64,000 nucleotides of DNA from Octopus vulgaris. Lineage: Eukaryota. The notes below the pieces were generated by a model. It did no database searches. It worked only from the letters and a program-made list of their open reading frames with translations, and was not told the DNA's origin. How positions within the stretch are numbered: position 1 is the first letter of the stretch; the number at the start of each line of letters is the position of its first letter. The stretch spans positions 39,060,001-39,124,000 of the forward strand of contig OX597819.1 of NCBI GenBank assembly GCA_951406725.2, written 5' to 3'. Shown one piece after another: positions 52,241-64,000 of this stretch. The translations under genes and the position numbers were made by a program.

Positions 52241-52517
52241 AACAATAGTTTTTCACAATCTCTAAATTTGTTTCGCCAAACATACTCATGAAGATGTAAT
52301 GCGATAAATCATCTCCAGCCCCACATTGTCACTTCACTTTCTTCTTGGCAAGTATGTTCCGGTTTCTCATCTTTTCAGGACATCATATGACATTACGCAT
52401 GATTTTGTTTTTATAAAGCGCCGTTTCGTTAGGTAATACACCTCCGCATATTTTTTAGGTGGTATGTCACTATATATAACAGTAACAATATGTGTGTGTG
52501 TGTATGTGTGTGTGTGT

Positions 52518-52690
52518 GTAGTCAAATTGAATAAACGAACGATAACAAGAGGACGTGCACATGGAATGTTTTAAGTTGACGCTCAGTAAAAAGAGTTTTT
52601 GACGTTTCGAGCAAAGCTCCTCGTCGGAACGGAAAAAGGGAAAAGAGCAAAGAAGGAAAAAATCACCAACAGCACGTGTGTAATTACGTT
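52518..52690 (-). mobile_element. Hammerhead-bearing short repeat (family 1 relative)
   Basis: CCGACGA-G-GAGC-TTT-GCTC-GAAACGTC between microsatellites. Confidence 0.6.
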
Positions 52691-52700
52691 GCTCTCTCTC

Positions 52701-52748
<48 letters not shown>

Positions 52749-52951
52749 TTAACTTTAACTCTATGGATTTCCAGGAATTCTGTGGGAAACTTACAGAGTG
52801 AATACACCGCACTGCTAACACAAAGTAAGCAGACAATTGATTTGTAAAGCTTTAATATACTTGGCAGTATTAAATGTTGCTCGGAAAGTTTTTTTTTTTA
52901 TCTGGGAATGAATTAACTAAACGTTGCATCTCACAAAAAATGTTGCGTATA

Positions 52952-53454
52952 CCGTAAATCCTCGAGTAGAGTCCGCCCTTGTGTATAATACGCAGGGGAT
53001 TTTTAAGGGGCTATACCTCTGAAACCTAAACCTTGTGTATAATACGCACTCCTTCTCTAACTTGAGTCGTGCGTAATTAAGCCATCAGCACCCAGTCGAA
53101 CAAACACTTCCGCGTAATACAATAATGGTGATGTTCTTAACTGTTATATGGTAATGTAAATATGTTTGCAAATAGTTTTTGTTACATGTTATTCTGTGTT
53201 CTGAATACTTTTATTCTAATAAATGTTGCTTACTGCAAGTTATGGATGATTCTTTTATTACTTCATTGCTTTCAGGCTTAGCTTAAGGTATTTTCGCGCC
53301 CGACATCACAAAATGCGTCTGAATAAACATTGCCGAACAGCAAATATAGACTGGGACATTGCTTAGAAAATATTTTTCATTTTTAACCTCGCACTAGGGA
53401 TTTTGACCATTAAATTTTTGGGGGAAAATGTGGATTATACTCGAGGATTTACAG
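52952..53454. mobile_element. Tc1/mariner (Tc2/pogo-like) non-autonomous element
   Basis: TA|CCGTAAATCCTCGAGTA ... TACTCGAGGATTTACAG|TA. Confidence 0.8.
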
Positions 53455-53510
53455 TAATCGTGAGGAACTTCTAAAGATTGGTGTAAAATCTTCAACTATT
53501 TAACTAGAAT

Positions 53511-53679
53511 CAGAGCCGGCCCTAGGGTTGTTAGCGTCCCGAGCAAGCTGAACTTCGGCGTGTACAAGCTAACGGCTGTGGAAATTTCCTTGTCTTTGTC
53601 ACGCCCTCCTTGGCGGCGCCCCTTAGCACATGGTGCCCCGGGCGACTGCCCGAGTTCCCAGTGCCTTGAGCCGGCTCTG
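53511..53679. mobile_element. hAT-type MITE
   Basis: CAGAGCCGGC / GCCGGCTCTG. TSD ACTAGAAT/ACTAGGAC. Confidence 0.75.
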
Positions 53680-54014
53680 ACTAGGACGTTCCTCAAGCCG
53701 TTAACTCAGCCTTGTTAAAGATACACACCTTTGTATTTCTGAATTTTGGTGTTGTAATAATCTAACAAATAACTAAATGACTACAATGCCTTTTGTATAA
53801 TGTACTTGCTTCAATTTCAGAACTTTTGGTTGGAATTAACAAGTACCGTGTGATTCTCAGATATAGTGCCGATAGAGGCAGACAAATTGGTAGTGGTTCG
53901 CAGACTTAAAATTACGCAATAATTTCTATCCCACTCTGTTTTTCCATGCATCTCTCCCTCTCTTTCTCTCCTCTCATTTTTCCAATAACTTTCTGGCTGC
54001 TTTTCTCTTTCTAG

Positions 54015-54081
<67 letters not shown>

Positions 54082-54213
54082 TCTTTGTCTCTCTTCCTTT
54101 CCTTTTTCTATTTGCTGCTGTTTGAGGTTGCTGATCGCATAGAAGTCTCACAAATTTTATTAAAAAAGATAAAAAAAGAGCAAAAGCACAAGCTTATTCT
54201 TGGATTAACAATC

Positions 54214-54257
54214 ATAGCAGCAGCAGCAGCAATAGCAGTAGCAGTAGTAGTAGTAGT

Positions 54258-54326
<69 letters not shown>

Positions 54327-54600
54327 GGTAGCGGCAGCGCTAGTAGTAGTAGTAGTAGTGGTGGTGGTGGTGGTAGCGGCATCGCTAGTAATAGTAGTAG
54401 TAGTAGTGGTGGTGGTGGTGGTAGCGGCAGCGCTAGTAGTAGTAGTGGTAGTGGTGGTGGTGGTAGTGGTGGTGGTGGTGGTGGTGGTGGTGGTGGTGGT
54501 AGCAACAGCGCTAGTTGTTGTTGTTGTAGTAGTAGTATTGGTAGTGATAGTAGTGGTGGTGGTGGTGGTGGTGGTGGTAGTAGTAGTAGTAGCAGCAACA
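54214..54600. repeat. Compound GTA/GTG/GCA trinucleotide array
   Basis: Direct inspection. Confidence 0.95.
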
Positions 54601-55398
54601 GCTGGAGCCATATTAGAAACATAAACATCAGAATCGACAGCAACCATGATGTATCTTATTCCTCAAGGCGTTTTATCTCTTTGGTACACGCCTCTGTTTC
54701 ATTAACGTTTCTATTTTAAAGTAGTTTTCAAACACACACACACATACGCGCACACGCACACACGCGCACAAACACACGCATACACAGAGCACTGATTATA
54801 CTTTGGAATGGTGATATCTCAAAGGTTAAATTGCAATCTTTATCGACTCATTGTTAGAAGTGGCTTAAAGGTTCCGCTTTCGTAAGTCGCTCCACAAATA
54901 TATTCCTGCTTTCAATTTGCATGCCAACCTGTACCATCAAAAGAATATGTATGGGTGACTTAGGTTATCAACCTTAAACGGATGTTTTAAGTTAACATTC
55001 AGCTTATGCTTCATGGAAAGGAATATGAAAGTGTTCCATTTACAAAAGGAAAGCAGAACCTCCAGACTGAATGAAGAAGACGAAGAAGAACTCTATTGTT
55101 TAATCAGGAAAGAAGAATGTGCCCACATCTTTCCCAGGTTATTGAGATTGATGTAGTTGATCTTCAGTTTGAAATTCTCTAACTTAATGTCTCCCGGAAA
55201 ACGCAGATGCTCTGAAAGGGAAGGATTATGCGAAATGGTTTGCGAGGGACTTTTAGACATTTTTATTTATTTTTATATTGCAATTGAACAATAGTGTGAG
55301 AGGGTTCGGAATTCCAACAGACCAATCTGATTTAAACTTTTGTTTGTTTGTTTTCGAAATTCCTTGTTAATATAATTGCACACTAACTGATTGTGTAT

Positions 55399-55633
55399 CT
55401 TCAGAGAGATTTTAAATGTTGGTTTCAAATTTTAGCACAAAGTCAGTAATATCGGGGAGGAGGTAAGTCGATTACATCGACCCCAGTGTTCAACTGGTAC
55501 TTATTTTACCGACCCCGAAAAGATGAAAGACAAAGTCGACTTCAGCGGAATTTGAAATTAGAACGTAAGGACGGACGAAATGCCGCTAAGCGTTTTTCCC
55601 AGCGCGGTAACGATTCTACCAGCTCGCCGCCTT
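55399..55633 (-). mobile_element. SINE family C (alternative tail)
   Basis: TSD AGAGAGATTTTAAAT. Confidence 0.8.
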
Positions 55634-55719
55634 GAGAGAGAGATTTTAAATATTGAGCATAGATATATGAAAGAGCCAACAATTATGCAAATGTGTTGCT
55701 TCAATCTTAAAGATTTTAA

Positions 55720-56078
55720 CTAAAGCAAGAGCACTCAGACATCACAAACCTCCGCCAAGGCAACACCAACGTCCTCTCACAGATTAGCCGGAGGTGATTT
55801 TTAAAGTGAGAATATCTGAAATAAACACGAGTGCTCTTACAAATGAGAATACTAAAAATGAACTTGACCGCTCTCAAAAATTAAGTATATAAAAAAGGAA
55901 TCCTTGTGCAGTACCGGATCGATCCCAAAATCTATCAGTTCTTGCCCGTCACGAGGCCAAACATCCCTGAAAGTTTCATCCAAATCTATCCTGCGGTTCC
56001 TAAGATATCTTGTCCACGGACAAACAAACAAACACGAGTGAAAACAATAGCTCCGCTTTCATTAACGTAGAGGTAATA
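55720..56078 (+). mobile_element. Helentron-associated (HINE/DINE-like) non-autonomous element
   Basis: AAGAGCACTCAG..ACCTCCGCCAAGG start, AAGTTTCATCCAAATC core, (ACAA)n, terminal ...GAGGTAAT. Confidence 0.55.
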
Positions 56079-56447
56079 AGATTTTTCTACCATCAGAAAC
56101 TAATAACGTTGGCCTTGCTCGTGTCACGATTTTTTTCCTATCTACAGTTACGACAGAAATTTCAATTAATTAAGACGTTTCTGGTTACAGTATTCAGTGT
56201 TTCCTCTCTTGACTTATTTATTCATCCAAATTCATATCATCGGTGCATTTGAGTTATTTCCTTTAGCTTATGTTATTAATTTAATTATGCATGTTGTATT
56301 GGCCAAAAAATCTTTGATAACTTATCAAGCAGCTTTAAGTAGACTGTACTATCTTGGTGAAGGTTCATTGGCCGAGATATGGCAATTGTTTACCCTTGGC
56401 TGCAAAATCAGACAAAATCTGCTCAATGCATGTATCTTTTATCTTTA

Positions 56448-56884
56448 ATCTTTTGTTTGTTCTAGTAATTTGACTGCGACCATGCTGGAGCATTGATTTG
56501 AAGGCTTTAATAGAAGAAATCGACCCCAGTACTTATTTTGACATCTGGCACTTATTTTAACGGTCTCCTCCGCCGAACCGTTAAGTTACGATTGTCGAGC
56601 AGTGGGAGCGCAAACACGAGCACAAAGCAACACGCACACACACACACATACATACATACATACATACATGCATGCATGCATACATACATACATACATACA
56701 TACACATACAGACAGACAGACAGACATGCATGCATGCATACATACATACATACAGATACACACACATACATACATACACATACATACATAGATGCATACA
56801 CACACACATACATACATACATACATTACACACACACACACATACATACATACACACACATACATACATACACACACACATACAT

Positions 56885-56915
<31 letters not shown>

Positions 56916-56943
56916 TACATACACACACACACACATACATACA

Positions 56944-56974
<31 letters not shown>

Positions 56975-57068
56975 GTTTCCGTCTACCAAATTCACTCGTA
57001 TGGCAGTGGTTAATCCGAGGTTTTTGTAGAAGACACTTGCCCAAAGTGTCATGAAGTGGGCCTGAACT
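56448..57068 (-). mobile_element. SINE family D with internal microsatellite expanded to ~340 bp
   Basis: Family D flanks around (CA/TACA)n at 56632-56973. Confidence 0.75.
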
Positions 57069-57315
57069 GTGAAATATTAATTCCTAATTTATTGAAATTA
57101 CCTCGTTAATAGTTGTCACTGAGTTTTTATTTTCTTTCTCCAACTAAGATGGAAATTTCATTGAATTAAGCTTTTTTGTGAGCGGCAATCAGTACTACAC
57201 TCTTTAGCTTATTCACATTTCGACACCTTTAGAGCAATATATTCATATTAATGGCAATAAAAGATATTTAATTGGTGAAATTTTTCTTTAAGCTTTTATA
57301 ATATTCAGTTATAGT

Positions 57316-57716
57316 AAGGCGGCGAGCTGGCCGAAACGTTAGCACGCCAGGCGAAATGCTGAGCAGTATTTCGTCTGCCGCTACGTTCTGAGTTCAAGTT
57401 CCGCCGAGGTCGACTTTGCCTTTCATCTTTTCGGGGTCGATTAAATAAGTACCAGTTACGCACTGGGGTCGACATAACCGACTTAATCCGTTTGTCTGAC
57501 CTTGTTTGTTCCCTCTGTGTTTAGCCCCTTGTGGGTTGTAAAGAAATAAATATTTCGTCTGTCTTTACGTTCTGAGTTCAAATTTCGCTGAGGTCGACTT
57601 TGCCTTTCATCTTTTCGGGTCGATAAATTAAGTACAAGTTGCGTACTGGGGGTCGATCTACTTGACTATCCGCCTCCCCCAAAATGTCGGGCCTTGTTCC
57701 TTAGAGTAGAAAAGAA
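57316..57716 (+). mobile_element. SINE family C dimer
   Basis: TSD AATATTCAGTTAT(A/T)GT. Confidence 0.88.
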
Positions 57717-57732
57717 TATTCAGTTATTGTTG

Positions 57733-58140
57733 CAGACGTGGCTGTGTGGTTGAGAAGTTTGCTTCCCAACCATGAGATCTTGGGTTCAGTTCCACGGCGT
57801 GTCACCTTGAGTAAGAGTTCTTCTGCTAAAGCTCGGGGCCGACCAAAGTCGTAGAGAGGATTTGGTAGACGTAATGTGGAAGAAGTCCGTCGTATACATA
57901 TATACGTAAGTGCGTGCGTGTACGTAGCTGCATTTGTGCTTGTCGACTACCACTACTTGATAACCGGTGTTGGTTTGTCTATGTTTGCGTAGCTTAGCGG
58001 TGCGGGAAAAGAAGTTGATATAATAAGTACCAGACTTAAATTAAATACTGGGGGAAAGGACGATTTGTTCGACTGAACCCATCAAATGCAGTGTCCCAGA
58101 ATGGTCGCGGTCCATTGACTGCAGCAAGTAAAAGAAAATA
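57733..58140 (+). mobile_element. SINE family D (diverged)
   Basis: Family D motifs. Confidence 0.75.
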
Positions 58141-58235
58141 AAAGGTATGTAGTTTCTTTATTATTTTTATTTACCTTCTCATTTTGTCCTTTCCCAACTT
58201 ATAAACTTTACTGCTCTCGTTTATGTCACAATAAA

Positions 58236-58284
<49 letters not shown>

Positions 58285-58348
58285 TACGGAATGAAGAGCA
58301 AGCCTCTTCAGCTTTTATATATAATATATATATATAAGTAAGTATATG

Positions 58349-58886
58349 ATATACTATATAAAGAAGTTGTCTGTGTGTGTGTGGCAGGTTTGGTAGCCTT
58401 CAACTAACACTATCTCCTCGAGACCCTGCGGCGCAAGTTGACCAAAATTGAGAGTATGATAGAAGGCTTGCTCTTCATTCCGTTGAAGAAAAAATTCAAA
58501 TTAAGAGCAAAAATTATTTACATCAAAAAGGTGCTTTTTTTCTATGAAGATCCCTATTTTTTACGATTTTTTTACAACTGTCGCCATTTTTCGGTGTATT
58601 TCAACCATAAAAATGTCCACTTAAAGAGCTACATAATGCAAAATTTTTTCTTGTCAAAAATTCCAATTCTAAAGGGTCGAAAATAATTTTTTGTGATGTC
58701 ATTGGTTTTGAGCGGACGACGGATCAGCTGATCCAATGCACATTCAGAGCAAACTCGAGCACCGCCACACTATACTTTTATTCATAAATTGAAACTATGT
58801 CAAAACTTTGTAAACGCGACATCAAAGTCTGCCGTTTTAAGCGCAACTAAAAAACAAACCCGAGCAACGCCGGGTTATACTGCTAG
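58349..58886 (+). mobile_element. Non-autonomous Helitron
   Basis: 5' ATATACTATATAAA, 3' hairpin AACCCG-AGCAACGC-CGGGTT, then CTAG|T. Confidence 0.75.
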
Positions 58887-59657
58887 TTTAAATCACAGGT
58901 TCACAGTCGTTGTAGCCAGCTTAATATATGGTCGGGATTCTTTTCACGTGAATTTCGTATACAACGAATAAAACCGATTGAAATTACTCTTATTTGGCGA
59001 AAAATTATTGTAATTTGTTCATTTCTAAATTATCTCAGGAATATCAAGGCTCAGTATAAGAATAAAGAATGGTTTTGTTGAATTTATTATGCTGCAGCAA
59101 CTGAATAAACACTATGTCACTCATCAATTTAATCTTTTGATCAGTTGAAGAATTATATCGTTATCTTGCTGGCGTAACAGTTGATTGATTGATCGTTGCC
59201 ATAACAACGAGTAAATTCATAATGGCTCCATTTAATTTTATTTTATTTATCTAATAAAACTATTGACAGCAAATATCTAATTTCCTGTACTCCATGCAAT
59301 TGTTGTCATTTCGCCCCAGGACAGCTCTGATTGAGAAGTCTTAAGAACAAAAGCTTTTCAGTCATAAAACCACCCGTATTTTCCCAGACATAATGTAGTT
59401 AAGTAACACATTATCAAATGTAATTTTAGATACCATCTTTTTCTAAAACAACAGAATGTCATGTCAGAGAAATTTGGCTGCTATTTTTGTTAGGTTGAAG
59501 AGACTTCTACTGGCGTCGATATAGCAGATTTTAACCGGATGACAGGTGGTAATCTGAGCATAAAGGGAAATTAGGACAGCTGCCTGAAGAACTAAATACG
59601 GTGAAACACTTAGTCGCAACGGTCTAAAGCGTACATCCATCTAATGAATAAAAATAC

Positions 59658-60090
59658 TGGTTTCAAATTTTGGCACAATGCCAGCACATTCGGGGGAGGG
59701 GTAAGTGGACTACGTCGACCCCAGTGCTCAACTGGTGTTTACTTTATCGACCCCGAAAAGCTGAAAGGTAAAGCCGAGCTTGGCGTAATTCGAACTCAGA
59801 ACGTAGAAACGGACGAAATGTCGCTAAGCATTTTGTCCGGCGTGTAAGTAATTCTGCCAGCTCACCGCTTTACTGAATTAAAAATATAAATTTCAAATTT
59901 TTGTTCAAGTCTACCAAGTTCAGGGGAGGATTAAAGTCGATTACATCGTCTCCAGTGTTTAACTGCTACTTTTTTTTATCGATCCCCAAAAGATGAAAGG
60001 CAAAGTCGACCTCGACGGAATTTTGAACTTAGAATTGCCGCTAGGCAAATTTTGCTTGGTGTGCTAACGACTTTTCCAGCTCGCTATCTT
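59658..60090 (-). mobile_element. Two diverged SINE family C copies
   Basis: Family C body motifs twice. Confidence 0.75.
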
Positions 60091-61251
60091 ACTAAATAAA
60101 AGTATTAAACTTTGTTGTTTTTGCTTTGAGCTCTCTCTTGTTTAAAAGCGTTCACCCACGCAGGCAATACTCGGGCCACTCATCTGCAACTCTTGAAATC
60201 AACTCTACTGTCCACCAACGGTTAGTTAGATAATTTCAATTTAACTTAGTTAATTTCAATGCTATTCCATAATTATTACTGTCTACAATTTCTCGGGTTT
60301 CGAGTTTGATGCTTAGTCTAAAGAATGCTTTTTATTTATCATAGTAGTAGTAATGTATGTGACAAAGTTTCATTGCAGAGCCAAAGAAGTGATGACTTGG
60401 AACAGTCTGGAAATCATTGCTTGAATATCTTGTTTAATATTCTTCCGTTAATTAAAACCGTAATATATTTTTATTAATTTAATTTAATTAAACCAACAAA
60501 GACATCTCTTTTAGCAGCACTTCGGCCAATAAATGCAATCGCTAATGTCACGTATTTTCTATAGAACAACAATCTAAATACAGATAAACAAAAATATATA
60601 TAAAGCCGCCACTTTTTTTATTACACTAATTTCATTAAATCCTTCAGTCAGTAAACCATACAAATCTTGCTTCTTTTTACTAGATCACGCTCAAGGGTCC
60701 CAATAGTAAACGTGATACTACTTTTAAATAATTATATCGTATCAATTTGGCATATAACCGAGCTTTTCTAATGATGAGGATGTTTGGTCACATGACGTTC
60801 GTGCTATTCCCGAAGGCATCAGCGAGTAAGTGAAATATAATAGATTTAAATGAAAAATAAAAGTGTATTTTAGAATTGGCTTGTAGAAATTTATCTCTTA
60901 CTCTCCTTCATTTCCAACGTATGTGTGTAAATGACTCTCCCAGCCTTCCACTATGACAATCCACTCATCTTGATATTTTGGTTGTTTCTGCTTTTATCCC
61001 TCCTCTTCCTTATGTTTAGCATATTACTCCTCATATTTAGCATACTATTAATCAACCGTCCTCTACAACAGCAATAATCTTAATATATAAGAGTGAATGC
61101 ATGTGCTCTCCAATTTTCTAGGCCACAGTTTTGCAAGTAGTTATCTGAAATGTTGCAAGGGCTGCATCTTTTCAATATAGTCAAATGCTATTTCTTATTT
61201 TTATCTTCCAAGATTTTCTTTGCATCTTGCAACCTTTTCAATAGTCCCACA

Positions 61252-61371
61252 TATTTCTTATTTTTATTTTCCGAAAATTTTCGTTGCGTCTTCCAACCTT
61301 TTCAATAGTCAAGACTATTGAAAAGGTTGCAAGACGCAACGAAAATTTTCAGAAAATAAAAATAAGAAATA
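61252..61371. repeat. 120-bp near-perfect palindrome
   Basis: 59-bp arms around AA at 61311-61312, with 2 mismatches. Confidence 0.9.
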
Positions 61372-61914
61372 AGTGGAAATTTTACCGGTGTGTGTGTGTT
61401 ACATTATAAGGCACAAAAAGAAAATGACTCTCCCCAGACACAATAGAATATACTTCAACACACGAACACATATAAAGAATCTTGCAACCCAAATCCAAAA
61501 ACGAAATGCTATGAGGTTTTTTCAGAAATATGTTCTTTTTAGCACCAGACACAAAAAAAAGACTGATCTGACAATATTGTGCACTATACTCTGTAATATT
61601 GCAATAGACAGCGGAAAGAGTAACTAATAAGAAATATATAATTCATTAAGAGGTATTATGTAAATTAGTAGTGTGATTTGGAGATCATACATTGGTTTCC
61701 TTGAAAATGAAATTAAAGAATTTAAGAGTGAAATTACATTTTAGGTTCTATATTTGGTTATTTATATCTCTTTGTGTGCTTTTATGAAGCTCAACCTTAC
61801 CTATTTTTTAAAACAATTGTTCGGATGTAGCAATGCTTTATGAATGAATAAATACTCCCGAACCAATTGTAGATTGTCAGTAAATTTTTTAATGAATTTA
61901 TTTAAAATGTAGCT

Positions 61915-62227
61915 GTTGTTTGTTTGTTTGTTCCTTCTCGAGCCATGCCTGGCTCATAAGGGCCGGTTTCCCGGTTTCTTGGCGTATAGGTTCTCCACCT
62001 GGACGGGACGCCGGTCCGTCGCAGGTGAGCTACAAGATGCAGGAGGAAAGAGTGAGAGAAAGTTGTGGCGAAAGAGTCAACAGAAGTTTCGCCATTACCT
62101 TCTGCCGGAGTCGCGTGGAGCTTAGGTGTTTCGCTCATAAACACACACGTCGTCTGGTCTGAGATTCGATCCCGCAATCCCTCGACCGCAAGTCCGCTGC
62201 TCTAACCACTAGGCCATGTGCCTCCAC
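61915..62227 (-). mobile_element. SINE family B, tail type 3
   Basis: Ends (AAAC)n. Confidence 0.88.
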
Positions 62228-62987
62228 AAAATATAGTGAATCTATGTGACTATTATTTTAATTAGTGGTCGCTGCAAGTGAACGATAAATAAAAAGACAT
62301 ATTGGCACCCATTAGCGTTTGATAAAATGAAGAATTGCTATTAATTTGTAGAAATCTCAAAGAATATTACAATATTTTTCTTGGACACTTCCAGATTCAT
62401 GGACAATATTATATTATCTCTATAGATAGCTGCTATTGTTATTACTGTCACAGACATATTTGATGTGTATATTAAATAACGCAAAATCAAATGAAAGGAA
62501 AATAGGAATGTGGTTGTGAAAATTAACACCAATATTCCTAGTCCTGCATTCTCAGAACATTGGCCTTCTGGAATCTTCTCCTGCTCGTGTCTTTCTCGCA
62601 GTTGTTGATCTACAACTTAACTGTTTTGATACCAACGAGCCTGAGACCGCCTTTGGCTCTAAGAGTCAGACTTCCTGTTTTAAAATGACTGACATTAAAA
62701 CGTTCATCAAAAATTTATGTTAATTTAAGCTGCAAACATCAGCTTAATATTTCTTGTTATTCTTTCACTTGTTTCGGTCATTAGATTACATCCATGCTGG
62801 GATACTACCTTGATAGGGTCTAGCCGAACAAGCCGATCCCAGTACTTATTTTTTTCAGCCTGGTAATTAGTCTATCGGTCTCTTTTAGCAGAATCACTAG
62901 ATCACAGAGACGTAAACAAACCAACATCGGTTGCCAAGTGGTGGTGGTGAACAGACACAAATACGAACACGCACACAGTTATATACA

Positions 62988-63026
<39 letters not shown>

Positions 63027-63266
63027 TTGCTATTATGCAAGTGTCGTAAGTACAAGTCCAAAATGTTACTTTTTCAGAAAATAGTTTCACCATTCCATAG
63101 CAAGACTGCTGTACTACACTATGACTATTTTTGATATCTTGGCATCTGAAGCAGCTGGAGATACGATAGTTTGGCCAAAAGAGCCGGCTATTGCAAATAA
63201 AAATAAATATTGAAAAAAACGCATTTGGCCAAATTTGAACACACAACAGTTTAACATAATAACAAC

Positions 63267-63316
<50 letters not shown>

Positions 63317-63317
63317 A

Positions 63318-63697
63318 GGAAGCACTCCGCCGGTTACGACGATGAGGGTTCCGGTTGATCCGAATCAACGGAACAGCCTGCTCGTGAAATTAACGTGTAA
63401 GTGGCTGAGCACTCAACAGACACGTGTACCCTTAACGTAGTTCTCGGGGATATTCAGCGTGACACAGAGAGTGACAAGGCCGGCCCTTTGAAATACAGGT
63501 ACAACAGAAACAGGAAGTAAGAGTGAGAGAAAGTTGTGGTGAAAGAGTACAGCAGGGATCACCACCATCCCCTGCCGGAGCCTCGTGGAGCTTTTAGGTG
63601 TTTTCGCTCAATAAACACTCACAACGCCCGGTCTGGAAACGAAACCGCGATCCTATGACCGCGAGTCCGCTGCCCAACCACTGGGCCATTGCGCCTC
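63318..63697 (-). mobile_element. SINE family B, tail type 1
   Basis: Homologous to 34294-34654. Confidence 0.9.
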
Positions 63698-63739
63698 TAC
63701 ACACACACACACACACAACACACACACACACACACACAT

Positions 63740-63800
<61 letters not shown>

Positions 63801-63831
63801 GTGTGTGTGTGTGTGTACACACACACACTTA

Positions 63832-64000
63832 CACGAGGGGGTGCTGAAAAGTTTATAGGCTATCTATGAAGGAGTAATGCAAGAGCTGTGAAATCTTGCC
63901 TGCATTCATTTCAACTCTTATTAATAAGCGCATTGTTTTTGTCGTGGTAAACTAACAGCTGACTGTTCAAAAAAGACTTCAATTGTAATTAGTAGCGACT
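63832..64000. mobile_element. Possible mariner-like element end
   Basis: TA|CACGAGGGGGTGCTGAAAAGTTT is TIR-like. No partner end in the window. Confidence 0.35.

Noticed and set aside
54085-54647. Poly-Val membrane protein or poly-Thr mucin ORFs
   Set aside because: Triplet microsatellite with no supporting splice or domain evidence

Overview
AT-rich eukaryotic DNA dominated by microsatellites and transposons. The SINE/MITE repertoire looks like an octopus (coleoid cephalopod) genome; this is from recognition, not a search. No complete host gene is visible, only weak minus-strand splice signals (possible first exons near 27-29 kb, small exons near 12.1 and 7.2 kb). Almost all ORFs in the track are microsatellite or SINE artefacts. 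Genuine coding remnants are Penelope-like RTs of two clades, RTE and CR1-group LINE 3' ends, a mariner transposase tail and one near-intact CCHC ORF1/gag-like frame. The best lead is 45.1-47.2 kb: an ORF1-only L1/Tx1-like retroelement inserted twice in tandem at the same site inside a mariner relic, with a 3' tail shared by an abundant multimerising SINE. Other leads are short (TA)n-embedded repeats with hammerhead motifs that have non-canonical cores, GG...CC MITEs with 8-bp TSDs carrying internal (CCCTAA)n, an RTE-derived non-coding element with a 5' pseudoknot, and a 5'-inverted RTE insertion. Coordinates were read by eye, and edges of decayed repeats are approximate. SINE labels A-E are local to this report.
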